A stretch of DNA of 64,000 nucleotides from Octopus sinensis. Lineage: Eukaryota. The stretch covers positions 105,028,001 through 105,092,000 of the forward strand of contig NC_043004.1 in the NCBI RefSeq assembly GCF_006345805.1. Reading direction: 5' to 3'. The notes under the pieces are model-generated. The model was not told the DNA's origin. It did no database searches and saw only the letters and a list, made by a program, of their open reading frames with translations. The position numbers were made by a program, and so were the translations under genes. The first letter of the stretch is position 1; every line of letters begins with the position of its first letter. Below, piece by piece: positions 39,694-52,100 of this stretch.

Positions 39694-39912
39694 AAAGAAC
39701 AAGCCATTTTAGATGAAGTGAAAGAGAAAAGAGATCTTGAAGAAAAAAGGCGTTTACAGCAAGAGACAAGAGGCATATTTGAAAAGTCAATTAAAGAGAA
39801 ACTGCGGAGAAAAGTGGAAGATGAACGAGAGGAACTTGAATCTGATATTAAAGCCCTGGAAACTCTTCTGGAAAAATATGGAGAAGAGGAGCGACAAAAA
39901 CAACAGAGAAAA
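39694..39912 (+). CDS. CFAP53: CFAP53-like exon 5
   Basis: ttcag| acceptor; KEQAILDEVKEKRDLEEKRRLQQETR...RQKQQRK; phase-0 donor aaa|gttcgt (weak). Confidence 0.85.
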
Positions 39913-40407
39913 GTTCGTAGCTATTTTATGTTTTGTTATTCTTTTATTCTTTTTACTTGTTTCGGGCAGTTGACTGTGGCCATGCTGGAACACTGCCTTG
40001 AAGGGTTTTAGGCAAAGAAATTGAACCCACAACTTATTTTTTTTTTAAATATGGTACTTATCCTATCAATCTCTTTTGCTGAACCACTAGGTTACGGGGA
40101 TGTAAACACACCAACACTAGTTGTCAATGGTATTGGGGTGACAATACAGACACAAAAACACACGTAGATATATACATATATATATATATATTGAGGTTAT
40201 GAGAGGTAATAGTGTCAATAAGACCCAAAGGTGTCAGGTAATGCTGAGTAAGTGCTATGGACAGACTATAGTTAAGCTCCAGGTTCAGTGATTATGCGAA
40301 TGAGGAGTCCAATGCAGGTCATATATCAGCGTGTGTATATATAAAAAAATTATCTGAATGAGATAAAAATCCAAGGCTGTGAAAGATTTCAAAACATTTA
40401 TAAATAA

Positions 40408-40455
40408 GTCTTACAGCTGTTTCCAAGATATCTTATATATCTCTTCATCGGAGAC
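40408..40455 (-). ncRNA. Degenerate minimal hammerhead motif, second family
   Basis: GUCU-CCGAUGA-A-GAGAUAU(AUAAG)AUAUCUU-G-GAAA-CAGCUG-UA-AGAC; core position U4 is substituted by C. Confidence 0.45.
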
Positions 40456-42864
40456 AGTGTGAGAAAATGGTTAAGTGATAGTTATTCTAGATAAGATACG
40501 AAATAGAGAGTGAAGTGGAGGAATGAAAATAGATGTGAGATATGCAGGGATATTGTATCTGCAGGCAGTTCCATTATTTAGGCAGAATGGTATACATATA
40601 AGATTCCAGTACCTTGTAAGTTCCAATAGTATTTAAAATTGGTCATTCCAAGCATAGAGTTTGTAAATGGTGTTATTGAATTGAGGGTTTTTTTGAAGTG
40701 ACTTAAAAGTTGGGAATGTGTTTGTAAGCCCATACACGATGGGCTTCTTTCAGTTTCCATCTACCAAATCCATTCACAAGCCTTTGGTTGGCCCCAGGCT
40801 ATAGTAGAAGACACTTGCCCGAGGTGCCATGCAGTGGGACTGAACCCAGAACCATGTGGTTGGGAAGCAAACTTCTTACCAGGCAGCCAAACCTGTTTAT
40901 CTTCAGATCAGTCTGATTGATCCTTTTGATACCACCCACTTGAGACCACCTCTCGTTCTATGATACAAACTTCCTGTTTTTGAGTGATCTAAATTAAAAC
41001 CTTCAGCTAAAATTTCATGTTAATTTATGTTCCAAATACTAGCTTAATAATGAGAAAATTATTTTGATAAATTCCACATTATTTTTAAAATCAGTTAAAA
41101 CAAAGTGACTGTTTTTCAATAGAAATACGGCAACAAAGGGGTTAAGGCATTCCAGCCTTGACAATCCCATATTTTTGTATATATGGAATGACATCCAGTT
41201 TCTCTTTCTTTTTTTATAGATTTTACAATCTGTTTTGAGGAAAATTGGTTGCTATTTCTAGCAGGTCAAACAACAGTCTGCAGGCTCCTTTGTTTTTTGT
41301 CATTATGTGGCTTTGGTTTCTTTTGTAAGCAAAGTCTTTAATAAAGGCAAAATTTAATTCCAAGAAAGGGAGGCAGGACAGTTCTCATAACAGCTGTGGG
41401 ACCCTGTTTGTGGTTGATATTCAGCAGAAACTTCTGTAGATTGACAAAAGAAAGCATTATGGATGTCTGCAGTTCCTGGAAACTTATATCAGCCCATTCC
41501 ATATCAAAAACATTTTAACCCTTTTTCTGGTTCCTTTTTTTTCTTCTCCTCTTAGACCCTCGAAACTTCATTTTCCGTGACTTTTAACCTTTTAATACTT
41601 AAACCAGCCATTTTCAGCCAAAATATCGTCTGCTTTATGTTCAAACTGGCCAGATCTGGCCTCTTTCACCTACTCTACAATGTCATTCTAAAAATAAACA
41701 ATAACATCATCAAAATCTTGAAGCTAAAAGATAATTTATGATTAATTCAAAACAACGTGAATAAATACTCATTACATTTGACAAAGTAATTTGAATAGGA
41801 AAGGGTTATACCTTTATATTCTGTTAGCCTTTACAATGAGTTTTCCAACCCAAAAAATATTTCCTTGACTATCGTCCTATACTCAAGCCATCACCTCACT
41901 TCTCTGGCTGGCTAAACTTCACAGTTTAAACTGTATTTCCTTCTCTGGTGAGTTTTAGCAGCAGATTGATAGGAGAGATTTAGAAACTCGGATGGGATCT
42001 AATTATGTTAATCTTTTTGTAGGCCACATTAACATCAACATTTTTGCTCAGTTCATTGGATTAATTCCAGGCCATTTGACTGTTAAATTGATGAGTACCC
42101 AACTCCATTTCATTTAGTTGAATTGAAATCAGGTGTACTCTGCACTTGAATTTACTTCTGCTGTCTCGAACACACCTGTCTGTTTCCTTGATATCTGTCT
42201 TTTTTAATAGCATCTACTTTTTCACTTCTTTATACTAGAAATCTACAGATAAGCCTTTAATAGAGCTTCAACATGGTCACACCGCATGCTAAAGATATCA
42301 GCCAAAATGCCTTCAAATAGAGAGGAATATATTAGACATAGTTGTGTTCCTGATATTCAAAAAGTTGGAACGGTCAAGACTAGAATATTTTTCATCAGTG
42401 AATGATCTGGTGTTAAACAACAACAAATTTATTGATATACTCACTCCTACTTTCTCGTTTTGTTCCTCGTTCTACTCTCAACTAAATTCATCCCCTTTTT
42501 TCAATTTCTTTACCCCCACTGGTTATGCCTTTCTATGAAACACACTATCTTTTGCAAATTTTGCAATTTCCACTTTATGCACTCTGATCCCTAAACTGAC
42601 CTTAATCTTTCCTGAACATCTTCTACAGAAAGAACAAGAATCTATGTGACCTTTTGATTAGGAGCTCATTTTTATCCCTCCATATCCAACTCCGAACCTT
42701 CAAACACCAACTCCCTCTCATTCTTGTTCCTTTACCAACCTATATCACTATTATGGCCAATGTAACCAGTCTCTAATATATGAAAATATTGAAGGGTCAT
42801 GGCTGGAATGCCTTTATTTCTACCATATTCTAATAACCCATTTCTATTTCCTCTATTCTCACAG

Positions 42865-43081
42865 CTGGAATGCCAGAAAGAAACTCAATCATACTTAAAA
42901 TATGTGCGGAGTTTATTAGCAGAAGAAGAAGCCCGCAAAAAAGAGATGGAACGTATGATTCATGAGGACATTGAGAAGCAGTGGCAAAAACGGTTGAAGC
43001 AGTGGCGCTTAGATAGAGAGATGAGGAGAGTTCTGATGGATGATGTCTTGAGGATAAGGAGCCGACAGGTTATGGATAAAT
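42865..43081 (+). CDS. CFAP53: CFAP53-like exon 6
   Basis: cacag| acceptor; LECQKETQSYLKY...RRVLMDDVLRIRSRQVMDK; donor t|gtaagt, phase 1. Confidence 0.9.
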
Positions 43082-44019
43082 GTAAGTCTGCTTATTTTCA
43101 ACATCATCATTGGGGTCAGTATAGTTGTAAGCTAAATACCTTGCAGTATTTTAGTTACTTACCTTTAGATTCTGAGTTAAAAACTGACCTTATTGTGATT
43201 TGACATTAGAATACCACTGAGGTTAAATTTGCTTTTCAGGAGGTCAATAAAATGAGTACTTGTTAATTACTAGGTCCACTTTAATCAATTGTTCCCAAAT
43301 TTCTGGCCTTATATGCTTATGCTTCGAATTATCATTATCATCATTGTTAAAGCGACGAGCTGGCAGAATCGTTAGTATTTCAGGCAAAAGGCTTAGTGGC
43401 ATTTTGTCCATTTGCACGTTCTGAGTTCAAATTCTCTCGAGGTTAACTTTGCCTTTCATGCTTTCAGGGTCGATTAAATAAGAACCAATAGAACACTAGG
43501 GTTGATGTAATTGACTTACTTCCTCCCCCAAAGCTGCTGGCCTTGTACCAAAATTTGGAAGCATTATCATTACTAATATTATTATTATGATTATTTGATT
43601 GAAGGTGGAGAGCTGGCAGAATTGTTAGCACATGGGACTAAATGCTTTGCAGAATTTCAGCCATCTCTATGTTCTGAGTTCAAATGCCACCAAGGTCAAC
43701 ATTGCCTTTCATTCTTCCGAGGTCGATAAAATAAAAACCAATTGATGTCATTGGTTAAATCCCTTCCACTAAAATTTGATTGGTGGCATTGGTAAAGCAT
43801 TAAACAAATCAATCAAATTTCAACTAGGTTCACAATGCCTTTAAACCTTTCTAGATGTCAATAAAAAAAATATGAATCAAGTATTGGAGAGGAATCTCAT
43901 TGATTGTACCTGCATCCGAATTAGTAAACCTTGTATATCTGTGTTAGAAGTGATTGTTGTTGTTGTTGTTAATTTTTCATTACTTTTTCTTCTCTCTTTA
44001 CAACGTTACCATGTTTCAG

Positions 44020-44345
44020 TGGTTGCCATCAACACAGAGAGGGCAGAAGCGGAGAAAGAAAAAGATCAACTCCTTGGAGAAATTGAACGGCATAAAGAGG
44101 AGGAAGCTGAAGAAATTCAAAAAGAACGGCAGAAAAAGTCACAATATTTCCAAGATCTGCGAGGACAGATTGAGTTCAATAACGCTAATCAGGAGGTTTT
44201 GAAGAATTTAGAAGAAGAATGTTACAAGAAGGAATTACAAGCTGAAAAAGAATTGAAGGCAAAGGTTGAAAACCTGCTTAAATCAAATGTCTCTCTCTGC
44301 GATCAGGAACATCCTCTGAGAAGAGCATTGAGCCAAGTGTGCTGA
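44020..44345 (+). CDS. CFAP53: CFAP53-like exon 7 (terminal)
   Basis: tttcag| acceptor, phase 1; C-terminal YFQDLRGQI...EHPLRRA matches the CFAP53 HP(M/L)R(K/R)A motif. The seven exons sum to 1572 nt (523 aa + stop). AATAAA occurs about 20 nt after the stop. Confidence 0.9.
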
Positions 44346-46432
44346 GCAAACTGGAAGGAATTGTTCAAATAAATGAACAGTACTTCCCCACCCCTACCCA
44401 TACCATCTTTGCTTTCCTTGAGTTGCCTTAATTCTAAGAGACATAAAGAGACAATCAAACCACCCCACCTCATTTCATATTTAGTTTGTTGTTTATAGCC
44501 TTGTTTCATATTAAAACAATACAGTTTATCTGTTGTTTTGTAGTTTTGTTTTCTTAATCATTCTAGTTGTCATCATCATCACCGTTGCCACTGCCACTCT
44601 CCTCTTCTTCTTCCTTCTTAATGTCAATAGATAACTCTCCTCATCATTAGCTCCAATAGCAGTATTCATTGCCAACTACAGAACTGAAATAGCTTAACCA
44701 AAGGTAAACACCACTGCAAATACATTGTACCAGTACCATACATGGCAGGTGTACTTATATACAAGCCATCAGTGAATCTTCAGTGTGATCAGCTAACTTA
44801 CTACGTATAGCAGTCAAGTCTTCTTTCTCCATATCACATCCTATCTTAAATCATCATCATTGATTAACATCCGCTTTCCATGTTAGCATGGGTTGGACGA
44901 TTTGACTGAGGACTGGCAATCCAGATGGCTGCACCAGGCTCCAATCTGATCTGGTAGAGTTTCTACAGTTGGATACCCTTCCTAATGCCAACCGCTTTGA
45001 GAGTGTAGTGGGTGCTTTTATGTGCCACCGGCATGGAAGCTAGTTAGCTGCTTTGGCAACGATCACACTTGGATGGTGCTCTTAGCGCTCCACTAGCATG
45101 GATGTCAGTCATCGAATTTGATTTCAATGTCGATTTCACTTTCCTCAACAGGTCTTCACAAACAAAGTTTAGTGTCCAATGAAGGCAAGGTACACACATT
45201 GTACCTGAAAAAGAGGAATGACAGAGTTGTCACAGCTGGAACTCCTCTGGTTCAATAAACGAGAACAACATTTATGAGTTAATGATTTAAGCTCTCTTCT
45301 CATGGTACAGGACAGCAGTAGTAGTTGTAATAGCAGACAAGACAGTTGCAATATTTAACCTTCACATATTCTCTAAATTGGTAGGTGTCTGCTATCATGA
45401 GACACTGTTCATCAATGTAAGTAGTGTGAGCACTACATAACAGATTAGTTCTGAATTCAAATATCATCATAGATGAAAACCTTTGAGCCAAGGGATGAGG
45501 AATTAACACCCAGAAAACATACTCAAAGTCATACTGTAACTATTTTGTTTTGGCATTTTGTAGACATAAAACAGTGATTGAATCATGAAGGGAGATAATT
45601 TCTCTCTCAAATCATACACAACAGTCTTTAACAAAGGACAGACACATTAGATTGTTGTAGTAAAAATGGAACTCCCTTTCCTGCGTGACAAAGCCACTGT
45701 AAAGTCAGACAGTCAGTCATTGTAGGAATCAGTAGTAGTAGAGTAGTTATACGAGTTCTCAGCTGGAGTTAGTGTCAGTTTTGTGATATATAGGAGTTTG
45801 AGTTACCATCAAGGAAACATTTCAATGTCATTGTTTTGCAAAGCTATCAGCGATAGCATGAAAGATGAGTCAAAGATAATGATACCGCCACAACATAATA
45901 GCGGTGACAAGAATATTACAGTGCCGACAATAACATACAAGTGGATGAGTATCCAAATTATAGCAGTGGTGATGTGGATATAAACAATTGATGAGGACAA
46001 TGTTGAAAGAAAAAGAAAAAAATTTTCAAGAGACTTTGAAGAATTGTGCATGTGGAGAAATTAAAAATGATACAGGAGTAACAAACATCATCATCGTTTA
46101 ACATCTACTTTCCATGCTACCATGGGTTGGACGATTTGACTGAGGACCGGCGAACCAGATGGCTGCACCAGGCTCCAATCTTGATCTGGCATAGTTTCTA
46201 CAGCTGGATGCCCTTCCTAACACCAACCACTCCAAGAGTGTAGTGGGTGCTTTTATGTGCCACCGGTATGAGGGCCAGTCAGGCGGTACTGGCAATGGCC
46301 ATGCTCAAATGGTTCTTTTTATGTGCCACCTGCACAGGAGCCAGTCCAGCAGCACTGGCAATGACCTCGCTTGAATGTTTCTTCACATGCCAATGGCACA
46401 AGTACATATTTTACGAAAAATCCATAAAATTA

Positions 46433-47460
46433 TGGAAAACTTGTTAGAGAGTTTAGTTGAGTTGCAAAAACAGCAACAACAATAACTCAAATAACAAGAA
46501 CAACAACAAATGTTACAGCAACAAATGCTACAACTAATGAAGCTGGTAACAAAACCAGAAAATACATTTTCGCCAGACCATGTAGCAAATTCTAAAAATG
46601 AATTTAAATCTGACCCGGAAGAAGGAATCACTTTCGAAGCCTATTACTGAAGATTTGAACAAATTTTTGAAAAAGAATGCCAAGACTGAACAGACGAAAT
46701 GAAAACACATCAAATTCTGAGAAAACTGGCAATGATAGAGCATGAGAAATAGTGTAACTTTATAATGCCTAAAAGAGATTCTGACATAAATTTCACAGAC
46801 ACAATTGACATTTTATGTAGGATGTTTAGTGAAAAAACATCGTTGTTCAACGTGTTGGAAATGTTTGAACACTGAGAAAGGCTATGACAAAGACTTTACC
46901 ACACATGGGGGGGGGGACAGAGTAAACAGAGGGTGCGAGAGATTTAAACTGGATAAACTAACTCCAGACTCATTCAAGTGTCTGATTTTTGCTCTTTGTG
47001 GAAGAGTCAGAAGACAGATAAAGTGTTTCATAAAAAACATGATATACAGATGTATGGCATGCAGTGGTAGGCACCTGAGAAAAAAAGCAAAGTGTTTCCG
47101 TTGTGGGAAGACAGGACACATTAAATTGCACTGCAGAACTAAGATGAAAGATTGGATCAGGTGAGAAAAAGTAAAAAGTTTGTACAACAAACAGAAAACT
47201 CATCAAGGTGAGAATCAAAGCCACTAATGTCAAAATGCAATTAAACACAGGTAGTGACATCACTATCATAAATGAAGAAACATAGAGGCAAATCCAGTTT
47301 TATATTTAAGAGATGAGGAATTATGCACATTATTTACATTCGACGGATATTTGTCCTCATCTTGTTTGTTGTTAACACCAAACAAGATGAGGGTCAAATA
47401 TCCGTCGAATGTAAATAATATAGAGGCAAATCGCTAAGCTAAAATAATTTAAGTCAAATA
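46433..47460 (+). mobile_element. Ty3/Gypsy LTR retrotransposon relic (gag, CCHC knuckle, protease)
   Basis: DPEEGITFEAYY*RFEQIFEKEC...ERFKL..LTPDSFKCLIF, CFRCGKTGHIKLHC, MQLNTGSDITIINEET (DTG decayed to NTG); many stops. Confidence 0.85.
47295..47419. mobile_element. Tail-only fold-back insertion of the SINE/hammerhead family, 13-bp TSD
   Basis: ATAGAGGCAAATC at 47282-47294 and 47420-47432; arms 47329-47368 and 47379-47419. Confidence 0.85.
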
Positions 47461-48890
47461 AAGCAGCCCAAAATCATACTATTTTATGTTTAAACTGGCC
47501 AGGTCCAGCCTCTCACACCTACCTACACTGTCATCCTAAAAATAAACAGTCACATCATTGAAATCTGAAAGTACAGGATAGTTCTTGATTAGTTCAAAAC
47601 AATGGGAATAAATAGACATTGCATTTGACAATAATCAGGATGCTAAATGGTTAATAACACCAATTAAGAGATGACTCAGACCATGGTAACCTATCCAACC
47701 CATACCAGTATTGAAACAAAGCATAAAATGATAATAATGATGATGATCCTCATCATCATCATTTACTGTCACTTTTTCCATGCTGGCATGGGTTGGATGG
47801 TTCAATGTGAACAGATGAGCCAGAGAAATTACACCATACTCCAATGTCTGCTTTGACATGGTCTCTACAATCAGGTGCCCTTCCTAACACCAACCGCTTC
47901 ATAGAGTGCGGTGGGTACCTTTTTTTCGTGATACCAGCACCGAATACCTGAAAGACAAAACCCTTCGGTGCATGAATCAAGAAGAGATTCATGAATGGGG
48001 AAGAGTATTGAGGGGTATGAAAAAATGATAGAAGAGTAGTAACAGGTGTCTTGCTGAAGAGGTGAACACTTGGCTTCTCCATCTGGAAAGAAAGAGATAT
48101 GACATCAAGGTACAAAGTGAATATGAAAGAAAGAATGATAAAAATGAAGATATAAGAGACAGGAGAGTCAAATGTGGAAAGCATTTGATCATAAGCTGAA
48201 TCATTCAGATTTGGAATTAAACAACATCAACAATAACAGTAATTATAGTAAATTTTTATTTTTGTTACAAATGGATCAAAACTTGTTGAACCTGTTTTTG
48301 TTTATTTTTACTTAGCTACATTAATTTATAAAATATAGAGAGATGATAATTTTTTTTTTGTAATTTTTATTTATTATTTTTTTTTGTAAATGATAATATA
48401 TGAAAATGTAGGAAATGGCAAGCCAAACTAATCAGTTTGTTTCAGTGACCAATCTTGAAAAAAAAAAAAAAAAAAATTATAATTCTTTTTACAATTTTGA
48501 TACATAAAAATAAATGGCATGGAATATTGTCAACAGAGCGGGATGATGTCTGATTTAGTATTGGTGAGTTACATCAATATGCCTTCCTTCACCTAATACT
48601 CAACAAACAAAGACACACACACATATATATATGATATAAAAAAAAATGTAGATTTGACTCTACATTTTGCACTGAGTTCATGGTAAGATGTTTTAATCAA
48701 AGTTTAATAAATGAAGTAGAGTTTGTGTGAATAAAACTCTGAGTAACAATGAAATGAATCATGAACAGTCTCCCATAGCATATATATGTATATATATATA
48801 AAATTAATTAAGGGTAGAAATTGATATTTATCAATTAAGACCAGTGGTCTAGCATATTAAAAAAGAATCCGAAGATTAAAATATTTGTAT

Positions 48891-49159
48891 ATACCAATTA
48901 AGGACTGAACACGAAAAGTGGACAGTCAACATGCTAGATATAGACGTCAAATCGCCATTCACCACAAAAGATTATGTTCTCAGATCAAAAGATTATGTAA
49001 ACATCCAAAGAATCCTTGAAATGGAATGGAATGAGGTATAAATGATACATAGTGGTGGACATTGATCTGAGAACATAATCTTTTGTGGTGAATGGCGATT
49101 TGACGTCTATATCTAGCATGTTGACTGTCCACTTTTCGTGTTCAGTCCTTAATTGGTAT
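48891..49159. repeat. Perfect 98-bp inverted repeat with 73-nt spacer
   Basis: 48891-48988 is the exact reverse complement of 49062-49159 by base-by-base comparison. Confidence 0.92.
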
Positions 49160-49160
49160 G

Positions 49161-49191
<31 letters not shown>

Positions 49192-52100
49192 ACAATATTG
49201 TCAATATCAGTTGTAACATCGTGTGGAAAAGCCTCTTATATATATATATATATATATTTCTAGATTTTAAAAAAATCCAAAAATTGTAACACAAAAAAAC
49301 ATTCCCCCCCCCCCCCCCGATCATTTAAAGTGGCTGAATACATGTGATGAACTGTTGCAACAAACATTCTTAGATCTGAAGCAAGCCATTGAATGCTTTG
49401 CACAAGATATGTTTTGATACAAATCCAGAAGCCATGAGTGCAGAAAATTAGGTTACATCTCTTCCCCATGGATTTTGTTCAAGACATTTAGCTGTAAACA
49501 TCCAAAGAATCCTTGAAATGGAATGGAATGAGGTATAAATGATACATAGTGGTGGACATTAACAAGAATGGTACACTTAATATGTAGCCTATTTTACCAC
49601 CACCAACCGGTACATAGGTGCTATTAGCAGAGTCCAGTGTGATAAAGCATTCAGACTAGGTCTCGGGTTTGAGAACAACTTATTTCTCTTACTAATCCAC
49701 AAAATAGGGAGTGAACTTAAACATAGAATAAAATGTTTAAGCAGCAACCATAACACAAGCAATGTAAATCACAACCAGGACTTAGATCCAAAATCAGGCT
49801 GATCAATACATGTATGCAATGAGGTAGACAGGACACAGATTTGAGGACAAGTACCGTTTTCTCCAAGTGGATTTGAATTCAGCTCAGGATACCCATTCTT
49901 CATTAATAGATGACTGAGTTGTCCAAAAGTTTCAAGTTCCATGCTTTGTTTATAAACTCACTGGAATCAAGATTTTCAGACTACTGACAGTTTCCCTGAC
50001 AGACACAAACCCTGTCTTTTTCATTTGGGTTACTGTAATATGTTCTCTCCTGTCTGTGACAAAATTTGAATGTTACAACCAATTAGTAAAGAAGTCAGTA
50101 TCAAATACATTTATTCAGCCAAGAAGCATATAAAAATGCTGTATAAAAGAAAAGATAATTGCCTAATGAATACTTTTTGTCGGCTCGTCAACCTTCAGCA
50201 GTTTAGTGTTTAGCATCATACACACATTGAGAGTATGATTTATTAGGAGGTAAATAGGTGACTAATGATTCACTCTCTTAGTACTCAGAGTTTCCTGCCA
50301 TATGCAGTTGTTCAAGAAATGTTGAGACAAATAACAACAAATAGTTACAAGGTGTATTTTAGAAAAATCTTATATATTTTTTTTGGTTCTGCGTACAGAT
50401 ATTATTTGCAAAATATACATTAGATGGCAATTTTTCTTTGCCTGGAAACCCAATCTTCTCAAGATTACTGCTTACACATTTAGTAAAATAACTAAGTGCC
50501 CCAATAATAGATACAATATAGATTTAATTTGGAAAGAGAATATATAATTATACATGCATCAACTGACTGCATTTTATCAGACCATCAGCACTAGGAAGAC
50601 TGTCTAGGTCAAGATATTTCTTATTTACAGTTAGTTTGTAGAGTGGCTGCCTATGATGTGGCTTGCAATACATCATCATCATCATTTAACGTCCGCTTTC
50701 CATGCTGGCATGGGTTGGACGGTTTGACTGAGGGCTGGCAAGCCAGGTGGCTGCACCAGGTTCCAATCGGATCTGGCAAGGTTTCTACAGCTGGATGTCC
50801 TTCCTCTCTCAGAGTGTAGTGGGTGCTTTTTATGTGCCACTAGCACAGAGGCCAGTCAGGTGGCACCAACTATGCTCAAATGCTGGTTTTTTATGTGCCA
50901 CCAGCAGTGACATCGGGCATGCTTGAGTAGTGTTTATTATATGCCATGTTTATAAATATATGCGTAGTTCTCCTACACTCAGAATCATTGCACCAGGTTC
51001 CATTTTGAAGATTACGTTTTTGTAATCCGAGAGTAGAAGATTGCTACAAAATATTCATTGAACAAGAGACAGTGACAAAATGAAACTTTGACCTTTGACA
51101 TTTTTCTGATTGCTATAACACAGTTATCTTAAAATGTGACTAAAATACTATCTGCAATGCAATTCACAGGGTAAACTGCCATGGGATAATTTTAAATCTT
51201 GGTGTTGGATGTATAATTTAACAAAGCAGGGGGAAAGACAGTATTCACACAATGCACTATTACTGTTACACAAGGTTACAAGCTCTCTGCCAACGCCTCA
51301 CAATGAACTGCTTACCCCTGAATTGCTGACAGTTCTTTATTTTATAGTAATGTGTCAGTCCACTTTTAGTCACTTGAGGGGTGGTCAGAATCTTTCCACA
51401 ACAAATAAATATAGAGAAATATTTCTCTTGTTGAGTATAAACATTTCTAAAGAAAAAAAAAGGAAAGAAAAAAAAAATACCAGTGGAACATTGCCATCAG
51501 AACTTCTGCTAAATGCAAATATGACAGGTCTGATAGAGTGTTTGGAACAGAAATGAAACATTATATTCAATTACTGTGGTCATCTGGCCTTCAGATGTGA
51601 AAATTTCTTTCAAAATTACATAGAGAATATTTATGGACAATTGATTCAAAATCAACAAATTCTCTGTCCAGATTACAAATTCCCTGTTGTACCCATAAAC
51701 ATTGGTGCTCTCAGTTTTCTTAAAAAATGTCTAAGTAGCAATCTTGAAAATCTGAGATTTTCACATACAAAGAATAGCAAGCTAACATGCATATTGCAGT
51801 TATAATATGCAAGCAGAACAGTAAAAATATGCAAGGGTTTTTTAATATTCAACTCTTCACTCTTATTCTTACCTAATTTATAGTAAAGGAGCACTGTTTC
51901 TAAGTTAGAAACTTGCTTGTTTCTTTGATAGGAAGAATTCAAATAATTGAAAAACAAGGTATACATAATCACACTAATAAACATGCAAAAATATACATAC
52001 ACATACATAAATATACCAATAAAAATATGCATATGCCAATGTAAATATGCAAACATACTCATAAATACACAAGTACATACATAGACATATATGTATACAT

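Noticed and set aside
42345-42400. CUGAUGA on the minus strand followed by an AUAUUC/GAAUAU stem
   Set aside because: No intact GAAA box and no stem I partner; too degenerate to call a hammerhead.
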